NCBI GenBank assembly: GCA_043820815.1
Contig: JBDRDJ010000012.1
Location: forward strand, 41,952 to 105,951
Direction: 5' to 3'
Length of the DNA: 64,000 nt
Origin: Candidatus Omnitrophota bacterium
GTDB lineage: Bacteria > Omnitrophota > Gorgyraeia > Duberdicusellales > 4484-171
Shown: one piece after another, positions 18,046-25,947 of the stretch
How positions within the stretch are numbered: the first letter of the stretch is position 1
Layout: every line of letters begins with the position of its first letter
The notes under the pieces: model-generated
What the model saw: only the letters and a program-made list of their open reading frames with translations
Told to the model about the DNA's origin: nothing
Database searches by the model: none
Position numbers and translations under genes: made by a program

Positions 18046-19962
18046 ATGCGCCCTTATATCATTTCTTGCTTAGCCGCTTTCTTAATGCCTTATTTTATCT
18101 ATGCCCAGGATTGCTTATTTGAAAATATGTTTGATTCTGCCGCATGTTTAGTTGACGGCATGCAGTATGAAAAAGCCAAAGAAATTTCCAAAGCCAAGCT
18201 TAAAGATTACAATGACGATGATGGATTGCTGTTTCTTTCAAAGATTTTTTATCTTTCTTCTGATTTAAATTCTGCCCGCATTGCTCTTGAGCGCATTAAA
18301 GACAAGGATTGGCTTACTTATTTTTATTTTGGATTGATTTTTGAAGATACCGGCGACCTTTCATCAGCCGTAAGCAATTATGAAAAGTCTCTGAATTTAA
18401 AGCATAACAGCCCCGCAATGTACCGTTTAGCAAAAATATACTTTGCCAAGCGGGATTACAAATCAGCTTCAACTTATTTTAGCCTCCTTATCAGCCTTGA
18501 CCCCAGCTGGCGCCTTGCATATTATTACTTAGGAGAGTGTTATTTAAAATTATCTAATTATACGGAAGCCTATAAATACCTTGCAAAAGCGCTTAATTTC
18601 TATCCTGATAAAGAATCGATTAAAGAGAAAATATCAAAGGTAAAAGAAAAGTTAGGGCTGTCTTTCTTTGAAAAACGAGAAATTGAGGAACAAAACAGGC
18701 GAAGCAAGGCAAAGCTTAAGAGCTACAGAAAGAAAACCGATATTGCTTTGGTTCGCGTTGGAATTGCCGAGAAACTAAAAGAATTCACTTTTCGCTCCGG
18801 AGGCGATTTTATTGTCTCCGGTAAAAAAAACCGCATATTGGCCAGAGCCAATGTTTTCTACACTTTTGTTTTTAAGGATGAAAAATGCCTGTTTTACGAC
18901 GGCAAAGAAAATAAACTTCAGGGAACCTTTGAGTTTCCGGTTGAAATATCTCCGGTTCCCTCAACCAACCGCTTAGATAATAATCAATTTAAAGAATATT
19001 TGCCCTTTTACGTTCTCGATTTGACATACGGAGAAGGTTCATTCTGGCATAAGAAAATTGACAGAATTCTGCGCGGTAACCTAAAACTTATCGCTAAAGG
19101 CAAATCTATGACTCTTTTAAATGTATTAAGCATTGAAGAATATCTCTATGGTGTTGTTCCCGCTGAAATATCGAGCAATTCGCCCCACGAGGCATTAAAG
19201 GCGCAGGCTATAGCCGCGCGCACAATCGCCCTGCGCAGGTATAACAGCCATAAAAAAGACGGCTTTGACCTTTGTGCTGATGTTCATTGTCAAGTATACC
19301 ATGGTATGTCAGTTGAATCAAAATCAGCAAACAGAGCGGTAGACGAAACCGCGGATCAGATTCTCGTTTATGAGGGAAGACCCATTGAGGCATTTTATCA
19401 TTCAAACTGCGGCGGGTGCTTAAGGAGCGATACTTTTGGCGACATCCCGTACTTAGAGGATAAATTTGATTCAACCGAAAGCAATTTCGAACCGTCTCCT
19501 TATAATAAAGAGCTATGGTTTATGAGGCCGCAGCAAGCATATTGCGATACAACGGCCGGCGATAAATTCCGCTGGCAGAGGATTTATGATGCGGAAGATT
19601 TCTTTTTTGCATTTGGTTATTCATTAAATGAGCTTAAGGCCATAGTTTCCGCTAAAAACGGTAATTGTTTTCATAATGGAAAAGTCGAAATCATTAAATC
19701 CGGCCAAAATATATTTCTTAACAGCGATTATAAAATGCGTAATTATTTTGATCAGTTAAAAAGCAGCTCTTTTAATGTTGAGCTAAAAAGAAATTTAAAT
19801 AACGAACCTGAGTTTCTTTTTTTCTGGGGCGCGGGTTTCGGCCACGCCAGCGGCCTTTGTCAGGAAGGTGCAATCGGTATGGCAAAGGAAGGGTTTAATT
19901 ACAGGCAAATATTAAAGCATTATTATCCCGGGGCAAGCATAAAGAAAGGATACCGGCAATGA
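18046..19962 (+). CDS. SpoIID/LytB-domain protein with N-terminal TPR repeats
   Basis: Signal-like N-terminus, then TPR-like AxxYY/LG repeats (aa 60-190). C-terminal EEYLYGVVPAEIS..EALKAQAIAARTIAL, CADVHCQVYHG and YHSNCGG are SpoIID hallmarks. Confidence 0.8.
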   Translation: MRPYIISCLAAFLMPYFIYAQDCLFENMFDSAACLVDGMQYEKAKEISKAKLKDYNDDDGLLFLSKIFYLSSDLNSARIALERIKDKDWLTYFYFGLIFEDTGDLSSAVSNYEKSLNLKHNSPAMYRLAKIYFAKRDYKSASTYFSLLISLDPSWRLAYYYLGECYLKLSNYTEAYKYLAKALNFYPDKESIKEKISKVKEKLGLSFFEKREIEEQNRRSKAKLKSYRKKTDIALVRVGIAEKLKEFTFRSGGDFIVSGKKNRILARANVFYTFVFKDEKCLFYDGKENKLQGTFEFPVEISPVPSTNRLDNNQFKEYLPFYVLDLTYGEGSFWHKKIDRILRGNLKLIAKGKSMTLLNVLSIEEYLYGVVPAEISSNSPHEALKAQAIAARTIALRRYNSHKKDGFDLCADVHCQVYHGMSVESKSANRAVDETADQILVYEGRPIEAFYHSNCGGCLRSDTFGDIPYLEDKFDSTESNFEPSPYNKELWFMRPQQAYCDTTAGDKFRWQRIYDAEDFFFAFGYSLNELKAIVSAKNGNCFHNGKVEIIKSGQNIFLNSDYKMRNYFDQLKSSSFNVELKRNLNNEPEFLFFWGAGFGHASGLCQEGAIGMAKEGFNYRQILKHYYPGASIKKGYRQ

Positions 19963-21074
19963 AAATAACTATAACCTGGTTTTTAATTTGTCTTTTTGGT
20001 TTTCTTTGTTCGGTATGTATGGCTGATATGATTTACTTGAAAAACGGCCGCAATATTGAAGGTAAAATCATTAAAGAAGACAGCCAGCGGATAACTATAG
20101 ACGTAGGCATCGGAAAGATGTCTTTAGAAAGAGAAGATATTGAGCGCATTGAGCGCTACGGGCATGCTGACCAGACGCTTCTAAATGATAAATGGGGCAA
20201 GTTATACTATGACCACCCTGATTTTGTGCCCGAAAGGTTGAAAGATATTCTGGATGCATTTAATGACCTTAAAAAGGCAAGGGCTGATGCCCGTCGTGCC
20301 CGTGACGATAGAGATACTACCGTTAAGAAAATAGATAAATTAAATATTGAAATCCATGAGATCAATATTAAATTAAGCAGCATAAGCAATGGCCTATCTG
20401 AAGCAGATCCCAAAAAGAACGTCAACCATTACAATTCTTTAGTAAAAGAGCACAACAGCCTTATTGCCAACATTAAACTTATCCAGGATGAAACAGCTGA
20501 GTTGAAGAAACAACTCAGCGAGCTTGAGGGTGCGGTTTCCGGATATGTAGATAAAGCCCAGGCTTTTAAGGCAATGCTTATAGAAAGGAGAAGCCATCTT
20601 TCAGCCAGCTTAAGCAGCCAGGAGAAGTTTTTCTTTAGTGAAATGGAGAGTTCGCTTTCTATGGTGGATGATGACTTTACCAAATATGAGGTAGGTTACA
20701 GCAATACCTCCGGCGGTATAGTCGTAAATGCCTTGTTGGACCGCTCGGTAAGGGCAAATTTTTTAGTCGATACCGGCGCAACCCACACAACCATATCATC
20801 TGATATTGCAAGGCGCCTTGGCAGAAGCCCGGAAAAAGATACGGCTTATTTTTTTGCAACCGTTGCAGACGGAAGAAAAGCAAAGGCTTACCCTCTAATA
20901 CTTGAAAGTTTAAGAGTAGGAGGCGTTGAGATGCAAAACGTCGAGGCCGCAGTTTTAGAGGGCCAGGAGTCTCTCGGCGTAGATGGTCTTTTAGGGATGA
21001 ATTTCTTAGGTAATTTTGTAATGGAAATAGATTCAAAGAGCAATAAATTGATTTTGAAAGAGTTTAATCCATAA
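19959..21074 (+). CDS. Secreted retropepsin-like (clan AA) aspartic protease with coiled-coil region
   Basis: Signal peptide and central coiled coil. C-terminal FLVDTGATHTTIS (DTG active site) and GLLGMNFL flap-like motif. ATGA overlap with the upstream gene. Confidence 0.7.
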   Translation: MKITITWFLICLFGFLCSVCMADMIYLKNGRNIEGKIIKEDSQRITIDVGIGKMSLEREDIERIERYGHADQTLLNDKWGKLYYDHPDFVPERLKDILDAFNDLKKARADARRARDDRDTTVKKIDKLNIEIHEINIKLSSISNGLSEADPKKNVNHYNSLVKEHNSLIANIKLIQDETAELKKQLSELEGAVSGYVDKAQAFKAMLIERRSHLSASLSSQEKFFFSEMESSLSMVDDDFTKYEVGYSNTSGGIVVNALLDRSVRANFLVDTGATHTTISSDIARRLGRSPEKDTAYFFATVADGRKAKAYPLILESLRVGGVEMQNVEAAVLEGQESLGVDGLLGMNFLGNFVMEIDSKSNKLILKEFNP

Positions 21075-21132
21075 ATTAAACCCCAGACCTTAATTGTGCT
21101 ATTCACGCGCTATGTTTACAGATTATTAGTTA

Positions 21133-21243
21133 AATCCGAAATCCTAATATCGAAACAAATTTATCAATAAAACAGAATTATTACCCGTTTAGGATTTCGT
21201 ATTTCGATATTGTTTCGAATTTCGTATTTCGAGATTCGAATTT
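21133..21243. repeat. TTTCG/CGAAA word-repeat cluster between convergent genes (likely bidirectional terminator)
   Basis: AATCCGAAATCCTAA (21133-21147) pairs 14/15 with TTAGGATTTCGTATT (21189-21203). It is followed by tandem ATTTCG-containing words to 21243. Confidence 0.6.
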
Positions 21244-21249
21244 ACCTTG

Positions 21250-21630
21250 TTAATGTTTAAAGAGGGTGAGGAGTTTGGGGGTAAAGATGATTAAGCCGAT
21301 TATGATTGAAGCGATTGAGGCAACCAATACGGCGGCAGATGAGATATCTTTTAATACTTTTACATGGGGGTCGTCTTGAGGCTTGATTATATCAAGGATA
21401 TTTTCAACCAGAGTATTAATTACTTCGCAAATTATAACACTTGTTATAACGACTAAGATAATTAGAATTTCTTTACTGTCACAGCCTAATAAAATTCCCG
21501 CCGCAAGCACAAAAATCCCAAGAATAAATATCAAGCGGGCATTACGCTCAGTTTTAAGCATTACCCTGAGACCGCAGAGCGCGCCTGCTAAGCTTTCCTT
21601 CATATTTTTATGTTGCCATACCTTCTTCAT
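21250..21630 (-). CDS. dgkA: Diacylglycerol kinase / undecaprenol kinase family protein
   Basis: 126 aa with three TM segments. The LKTERNARLIF and EVINTLVENILD motifs are typical of DgkA. Confidence 0.85.
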   Translation of the reverse strand: MKKVWQHKNMKESLAGALCGLRVMLKTERNARLIFILGIFVLAAGILLGCDSKEILIILVVITSVIICEVINTLVENILDIIKPQDDPHVKVLKDISSAAVLVASIASIIIGLIIFTPKLLTLFKH

Positions 21631-23009
21631 ATTTGCTTGAGAATATAACTTTCTATATCTTTACTTGATTTGAATCTATCTCCTAAGGCTTCCCACATTT
21701 TCTTATTTTCCATACATAGATAAACAGGTGTCTTTGTATCGTGTTCACGTATCCATTTTACCATATTTTCATAGATTTCTCTTCTTAAAAATTCAGGATA
21801 CCTTAGTTTTTTATCCTTTCCGATAAAGAGCTCACCGTAAAAAATATTACTTTCGGGCAATCTCTTTTCAACAGCACTTTTAAGATTCCTGTGCGAGCGC
21901 AGTGTGCCTAAGCTTATCCAGCTAAAAGGAGCCGATACTGAGTTGTATAACTGTTCAAGCATATTTTTATATAAAGCCTTCCAGTTTTCTGAGTGGATAA
22001 TCGGGTCAAAGTGAAAGGCTATTCTGAAACCTTTTTTTTGCACTGTCTTTGCCGCATTTAGCCGCTCTTTTAAAGACGGAGCGCCGCGCTCTTCTTTATC
22101 AGATGTATCTTTGGGGTTAAGGGACCAGGATATAACAATATTTTTAGACGCTTCAATTGAGAGAATATTTTCTATTTGTGTGCTTTTGGTTTTAAGCTCA
22201 AATAATAAATTTTTATCCTTAAAGTAAGGCACGAGCTTCTTTGAGTATCCGGTTAAATGGTCAAGCGCAAGAGAATCGCAGAATTCACCTGTTCCTATAC
22301 GGATAGGTTTTTTTATTTTCTTTAGGAATGCGTCAAACTTTTCAAAGAAATCTTCAACATTTGCAGGGAGAATTATGCCGGGAAAATTAGAATATTGCTG
22401 CAGAAAGCAATACGAACAGTCATAGGGGCAGCCGAAACTTAAGTTAAATATCCAGTATCCGCAAGGCAGGTGGCCTTTTGTGCAGGGGCAGGGTTTTATA
22501 AAATCCCATTTTTCTTTTACAATGAAAACAATAGGTTTTTTAAGATCTGATAGCTTAAATTTATTTTTCTTAAGATATTCACTTTGATAATCAAGCTCGC
22601 TAATAGGAATTTTAGGAAACTTGCCTTTGATTTGCGAGGCAAATTTGCTACTCGCTACTTCCTTTTCTATGAATATATGGAGGGGTTTAAAATCATTTTT
22701 AACCTGATAATTATCGGTTAATGGGCTTTGGATAGGATTTAGGAAGATTTTTTCAGTGTCAATTATCTCCCTAGAAGAAGTAAGGGGAAAGCGCTTTTTT
22801 ACCAGCGAGTTTTTAATACCGTAAAATATGTTTCCCCCGGTGTACTTATGGAGTTGGGCGGATTGGTCTAAGTAATTAACTATTTCATCAAGCGAGACAT
22901 TCTCCCTTCGCATTATTTCAAAAATCAGCCGCTCGATATCTTTTAATTGATTCTTATTAGGCCTGAAATGAAATTTAGTTTCAAGAATCTGCCTGATATT
23001 TTCTAACAT
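21627..23009 (-). CDS. Radical SAM protein, spore-photoproduct-lyase-like family, with about 150-aa N-terminal extension
   Basis: CPYDCSYC CxxxCxxC cluster motif preceded by FIKPCPCT. Its stop overlaps the dgkA start by 4 nt. Confidence 0.7.
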   Translation of the reverse strand: MLENIRQILETKFHFRPNKNQLKDIERLIFEIMRRENVSLDEIVNYLDQSAQLHKYTGGNIFYGIKNSLVKKRFPLTSSREIIDTEKIFLNPIQSPLTDNYQVKNDFKPLHIFIEKEVASSKFASQIKGKFPKIPISELDYQSEYLKKNKFKLSDLKKPIVFIVKEKWDFIKPCPCTKGHLPCGYWIFNLSFGCPYDCSYCFLQQYSNFPGIILPANVEDFFEKFDAFLKKIKKPIRIGTGEFCDSLALDHLTGYSKKLVPYFKDKNLLFELKTKSTQIENILSIEASKNIVISWSLNPKDTSDKEERGAPSLKERLNAAKTVQKKGFRIAFHFDPIIHSENWKALYKNMLEQLYNSVSAPFSWISLGTLRSHRNLKSAVEKRLPESNIFYGELFIGKDKKLRYPEFLRREIYENMVKWIREHDTKTPVYLCMENKKMWEALGDRFKSSKDIESYILKQI

Positions 23010-23010
23010 A

Positions 23011-23868
23011 TTAGATTAATGGTCGATTTTCGTACTTTGAATTTACCTTAGAAGTAAGTTCCCGGTAGTAGTTGGCTTCGGAAGTTTTGCCGCGTTTTTC
23101 TGCGCCATGGATATATATTTGGCATTTTTTCTTAAGCTCAAGAGCTGCTATTTCATGGTTTTTGCGTGATAACTTGCCGCTTTCAATGATCTTTTTAAGC
23201 GCATATATCCGGAATCTATCCATTGCCTCGTATTTCTTAGACTGCTGGTCAAAGTGGCCGCCTTCTTTTATGGTCAGGCTTTTATTGATAAGATAAAATG
23301 GATATTTTGCAGCAGTTCTCAGCCAGAAATCGTAATCTTCGCAGGCAGGCATGGTTTCGTCAAATAAACCAATATCTTTAAATATGCTTTTATGAACCGC
23401 GGAAGTCGAAATACCTATACAACAAATCGTAACAGCATTATTAAACACCCAGCCGGTTGGTTTTTTGTGGTATATTTTCTGGCCCAAAATCTTTCCGTTA
23501 CGGTACCATATTTCTTCAGTATGAAATATTTTATATTCAGGGTGTTTTTCAATATATTCTTTTGCAATTTCAAGTTTTCTTTGAACGAATCGGTCATCTG
23601 AATCTAAGAAACATATGAATTCACCCCTTGCTTCTTTTACGCCGTTGTTTCGCGAAGATGAAACTCCCCTGTGGGGTTGGTGAATATAACGAATCCTTTT
23701 GTCTGGAAAAGAGGAGATGGTGTTTTTTGTTTCATCAGAAGAGCCGTCGTCAACAATAATAAGCTCGAAATCATCGAAACTTTGGGAAAGCACTGATTGA
23801 GCGGCAATTTTTAAGAACCCCGCCCGGTTATAGGTTGGAATAATAACAGAGAAGAAAGGCCTGTCCAT
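23011..23868 (-). CDS. Family 2 glycosyltransferase
   Basis: FFSVIIPTYNRAGFL, LIIVDDGSSD, FLDSDD and EDYDFWLR motifs. The ORF extends to 23964, but the GT2 fold begins at MDRPFFSVIIP (ATG 23868). Confidence 0.8.
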   Translation of the reverse strand: MDRPFFSVIIPTYNRAGFLKIAAQSVLSQSFDDFELIIVDDGSSDETKNTISSFPDKRIRYIHQPHRGVSSSRNNGVKEARGEFICFLDSDDRFVQRKLEIAKEYIEKHPEYKIFHTEEIWYRNGKILGQKIYHKKPTGWVFNNAVTICCIGISTSAVHKSIFKDIGLFDETMPACEDYDFWLRTAAKYPFYLINKSLTIKEGGHFDQQSKKYEAMDRFRIYALKKIIESGKLSRKNHEIAALELKKKCQIYIHGAEKRGKTSEANYYRELTSKVNSKYENRPLI

Positions 23869-24010
23869 AGCGGTTTCTATTATAAAATATAAAATAATAT
23901 TGGCAAGAATTATAAACACTGCAGGGGCAATTCGTGAATTTCCTCTGTCCGCTACAAAAACCAATCATATTCACGGAATTTTAATTATTAACAACATTGA
24001 TATTAATTAT

Positions 24011-24150
24011 CGGACAGCCGCAAGGGCCGGTCCTACAATATCCGATATTATTGGTTCGTTTAAATCAAAAACATCAGTTGAATATCTAAAATATATAAAA
24101 CATTAGGTCAAATCCGCCAATATATCATAAATAACCCCTCCGGCCACGCC
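24011..24150 (+). pseudogene. Decayed remnant of a RAYT/IS200-like Y1 transposase-family gene (catalytic core deleted, frameshifted)
   Basis: Frame A reads RTAARAGPTISDIIGSFKSKTSVEYLKYIKH-stop (24011-24106). A second frame reads QIRQYIINNPSGH (24109-24147). Intact family members, as I recall them, run GSAPT..IIG.FKS...WQRNYYEHIIRNE...YI.NNP..W. The WQRNYYEHIIR core is missing here. Confidence 0.35.
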
Positions 24151-24463
24151 TATCCCACACTTCCTTTTGTACAATTTCCTATATTATATGTAATACAAAA
24201 TAACCGGCCCTCTTATATAAAAGACGTATAAGAAACCCAAATTCTTTCAAATATTTTGCCTTTTTATTGCATTTTCCTCAAAAAAGTGCTATTTTCTATG
24301 TAGGGCCTCAGAAAATATGGTATACGTATATTAATCGTTATCTTTAAAAAATAATAAATAATTGGGCGGCTGCTATGTCAAAAAGTTGTTACAAATAGTG
24401 CGATTCGTTGTTGGTTGATATAACGGGGTTAACAATCACCAAAGGAAAATAGAAAAGAAATAA

Positions 24464-24552
24464 TCACACAAAGACACAGAGCCACAAAGAATAAGACTAG
24501 AAAAGAATATCGATAGTTAAAACCTTTGTGATCTTTGTGCCTCAGTGTGAGA
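24464..24552. repeat. Imperfect inverted repeat of CACAAAG-type words
   Basis: TCACAC (24464-24469) pairs with GTGTGA (24545-24550). GCCACAAAGA (24481-24490) pairs with TCTTTGTGCC (24532-24541) with one mismatch at the third base of each arm (8 of 10 positions pair). The arms are asymmetric. Confidence 0.35.
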
Positions 24553-24585
24553 ATAAGAAAATAATAAAAAGATAACCTCTTCATC

Positions 24586-24630
24586 CAGCCGACCCTACTT
24601 CGCCCTTTCAGGGCTTCGTAGGAGCGGCTG
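24586..24630 (+). repeat. Structured hairpin upstream of the MNT/HEPN pair
   Basis: CAGCCG (24586-24591) pairs with CGGCTG (24625-24630). Inner stems are CCTAC with GTAGG and GCCC with GGGC. It contains CTTCG words. Confidence 0.5.
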
Positions 24631-24686
24631 ATGCAGGGGTTATAGGCAAAAATGTTTTAAAAAAAATAGATAATAATGACTATAAA

Positions 24687-24695
24687 TGGTATAAT
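24687..24695 (+). promoter_or_regulatory. Extended -10 box TGgTATAAT, 6 nt upstream of the MNT start codon (possible leaderless mRNA)
   Basis: TG at 24687-24688, TATAAT at 24690-24695, ATG at 24702. No SD lies in between. Confidence 0.35.
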
Positions 24696-24701
24696 TAATC
24701 C

Positions 24702-24971
24702 ATGATTGCGGAAAAAGATAAAGAAACAATTCGGAAAATATCGGAAAAATACCATATAAAACGGGTATTATTATTTGGATCAAGTTTGGATGCAGCCAAA
24801 GAAAGCCGTGATATTGATATTGCTATAGAAGGAATTGACCCCGGTGATTTCTTTGATTATTATGGTGAGTTATTGCTAAAATTATCTAAACCAATAGATG
24901 TAATTGATCTTTCTGAAGCATCAAAGTTTGTAACTTTAGTCAAAAAAGAGGGTATCGCAATCTATGGCTAA
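24702..24971 (+). CDS. Minimal nucleotidyltransferase (MNT) antitoxin of a HEPN/MNT module
   Basis: 89 aa. LLFGSSLDAAKESRDIDIAIEG is the GS-x10-DxD NTase motif. Confidence 0.8.
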   Translation: MIAEKDKETIRKISEKYHIKRVLLFGSSLDAAKESRDIDIAIEGIDPGDFFDYYGELLLKLSKPIDVIDLSEASKFVTLVKKEGIAIYG

Positions 24972-25380
24972 TTATAAAGAGCGGATTGAAGCAGAGTATG
25001 AGGCGATTGAAAAAACACTTTCTACCCTGCCTGAAAGGCCACTTTTAGAGTTATCTGAATTAGAGCTCGCCGGGATAGCAACTTTATTAAATAACTTTTA
25101 TAATGGCTTGGAGAATATAATAAGACAGATTTTTCAGAAACAATTAATTGAACTTTCTGACGGTCCTGCTTGGCACCAAAATCTTATTATTCTTGCATTG
25201 CAGAAAAATATAATTTCTGAAAGCTTGGCGAATGATATCAAGAAATACTTAAGTTTCAGACATTTTGCCGCCCATGGTTATGCTTTTAACTTAAGCCCCG
25301 AAAGATTAGAAAAACTCACAAATAATATCCGCGAAGTATTTAATAATTTTAAGGTAGAAATAAATAGAATTATTGTCTAG
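24964..25380 (+). CDS. HEPN-domain toxin (nucleotidyltransferase substrate-binding / HI0074-like)
   Basis: 138 aa and all-helical. R-x4-H motif in SFRHFAAHGY. 8-nt overlap with the MNT gene. Confidence 0.7.
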   Translation: MANYKERIEAEYEAIEKTLSTLPERPLLELSELELAGIATLLNNFYNGLENIIRQIFQKQLIELSDGPAWHQNLIILALQKNIISESLANDIKKYLSFRHFAAHGYAFNLSPERLEKLTNNIREVFNNFKVEINRIIV

Positions 25381-25398
25381 TAGACGGACAATCCTCGC

Positions 25399-25448
25399 CG
25401 CTTCTGCTTCGTCCCTCCGAAGCTTTAGCGAAGGAGGACTTCGCAGCG
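25399..25448 (+). repeat. Imperfect hairpin downstream of the HEPN gene
   Basis: The 5' arm CGCTTCTGCTTCGTCCCTCCGAAGC (25399-25423) faces the 3' arm GCGAAGGAGGACTTCGCAGCG (25428-25448). Stems CGCT..GC with GCAGCG and TCCCTCC with GGAGGA. It shares CTTCG words with 24586-24630. Confidence 0.45.
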
Positions 25449-25488
25449 ATGAATTTGCTCGGATTGCCGCAGGGTTCTTGAATAAGTG

Positions 25489-25899
25489 ATGAAAAAGGTA
25501 TTGTTACTAATTTATTCTGCAATTTTTCTTTCTTTCTTTGCCTGGCCTCAGGAGGAATTTGATTTCGAACCTTATTCTCTGGATAAGTATTATGAGGAGG
25601 AGGTTGAGCGCTTAGAGGAAGATGAGGGCGTTGAGGTTTCTGATGATGAAAAGGCAGCTTTAGAGGCGGAAAATCAGGACGAACCTGTATCAAATGAGTC
25701 ATCGAACTATGATCCCTATACCGGCCAATGGAGTTATGAAAATAACACATCATCAAACAGTTACAACCCTGTAACAGGCGAATGGGAAGAATCTGAAGCA
25801 GGCAAGGATTTGAAGTATGACCCTTTAACCGAAGATTGGTCGTATGATGAGCCGGCAAGCGGGTTAAGGTATAATCCTTACACTGATACGTGGGAGTGA
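25489..25899 (+). CDS. Secreted acidic protein with four tandem 18-residue Y-[DN]-P-x-T-x-x-W repeats
   Basis: Signal peptide MKKVLLLIYSAIFLSFFAWPQ. Repeats begin at Y75, Y93, Y111 and Y129 (YDPYTGQW, YNPVTGEW, YDPLTEDW, YNPYTDTW), at nt 25708-25896. GTG 25486 is an alternative start. Confidence 0.6.
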   Translation: MKKVLLLIYSAIFLSFFAWPQEEFDFEPYSLDKYYEEEVERLEEDEGVEVSDDEKAALEAENQDEPVSNESSNYDPYTGQWSYENNTSSNSYNPVTGEWEESEAGKDLKYDPLTEDWSYDEPASGLRYNPYTDTWE

Positions 25900-25947
25900 G
25901 TAGTAACTTTCTCTTTTAAGATCTCTCGCTTCGCTCGAGATCAATTC

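Noticed and set aside
23900-24010. N-terminal part of the 68-aa ORF 23900-24106
   Set aside because: This part is antisense to the 5' end of the GT2 ORF and has no similarity to anything I recognise. Only the C-terminal part (24011 onward) resembles a transposase fragment, so the ORF as drawn is not a real gene.
24151-24585. Known housekeeping ncRNA (tmRNA, RNase P RNA, 6S, SRP RNA) in the long gap
   Set aside because: I could not find their conserved sequence cores by eye (for example the tmRNA tag-reading frame with a tRNA-Ala-like end, the RNase P GGAA/ACAGNRA motifs or the SRP GGAA tetraloop helix). The gap is left as an unexplained region rather than called.
25370-25858. 162-aa minus-strand ORF, rich in Pro, His and Gln
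   Set aside because: It is exactly antisense to the acidic repeat protein gene. Its composition mirrors the GAA/GAT-rich sense strand. It has no SD and no recognisable domain, so I treat it as a shadow ORF.
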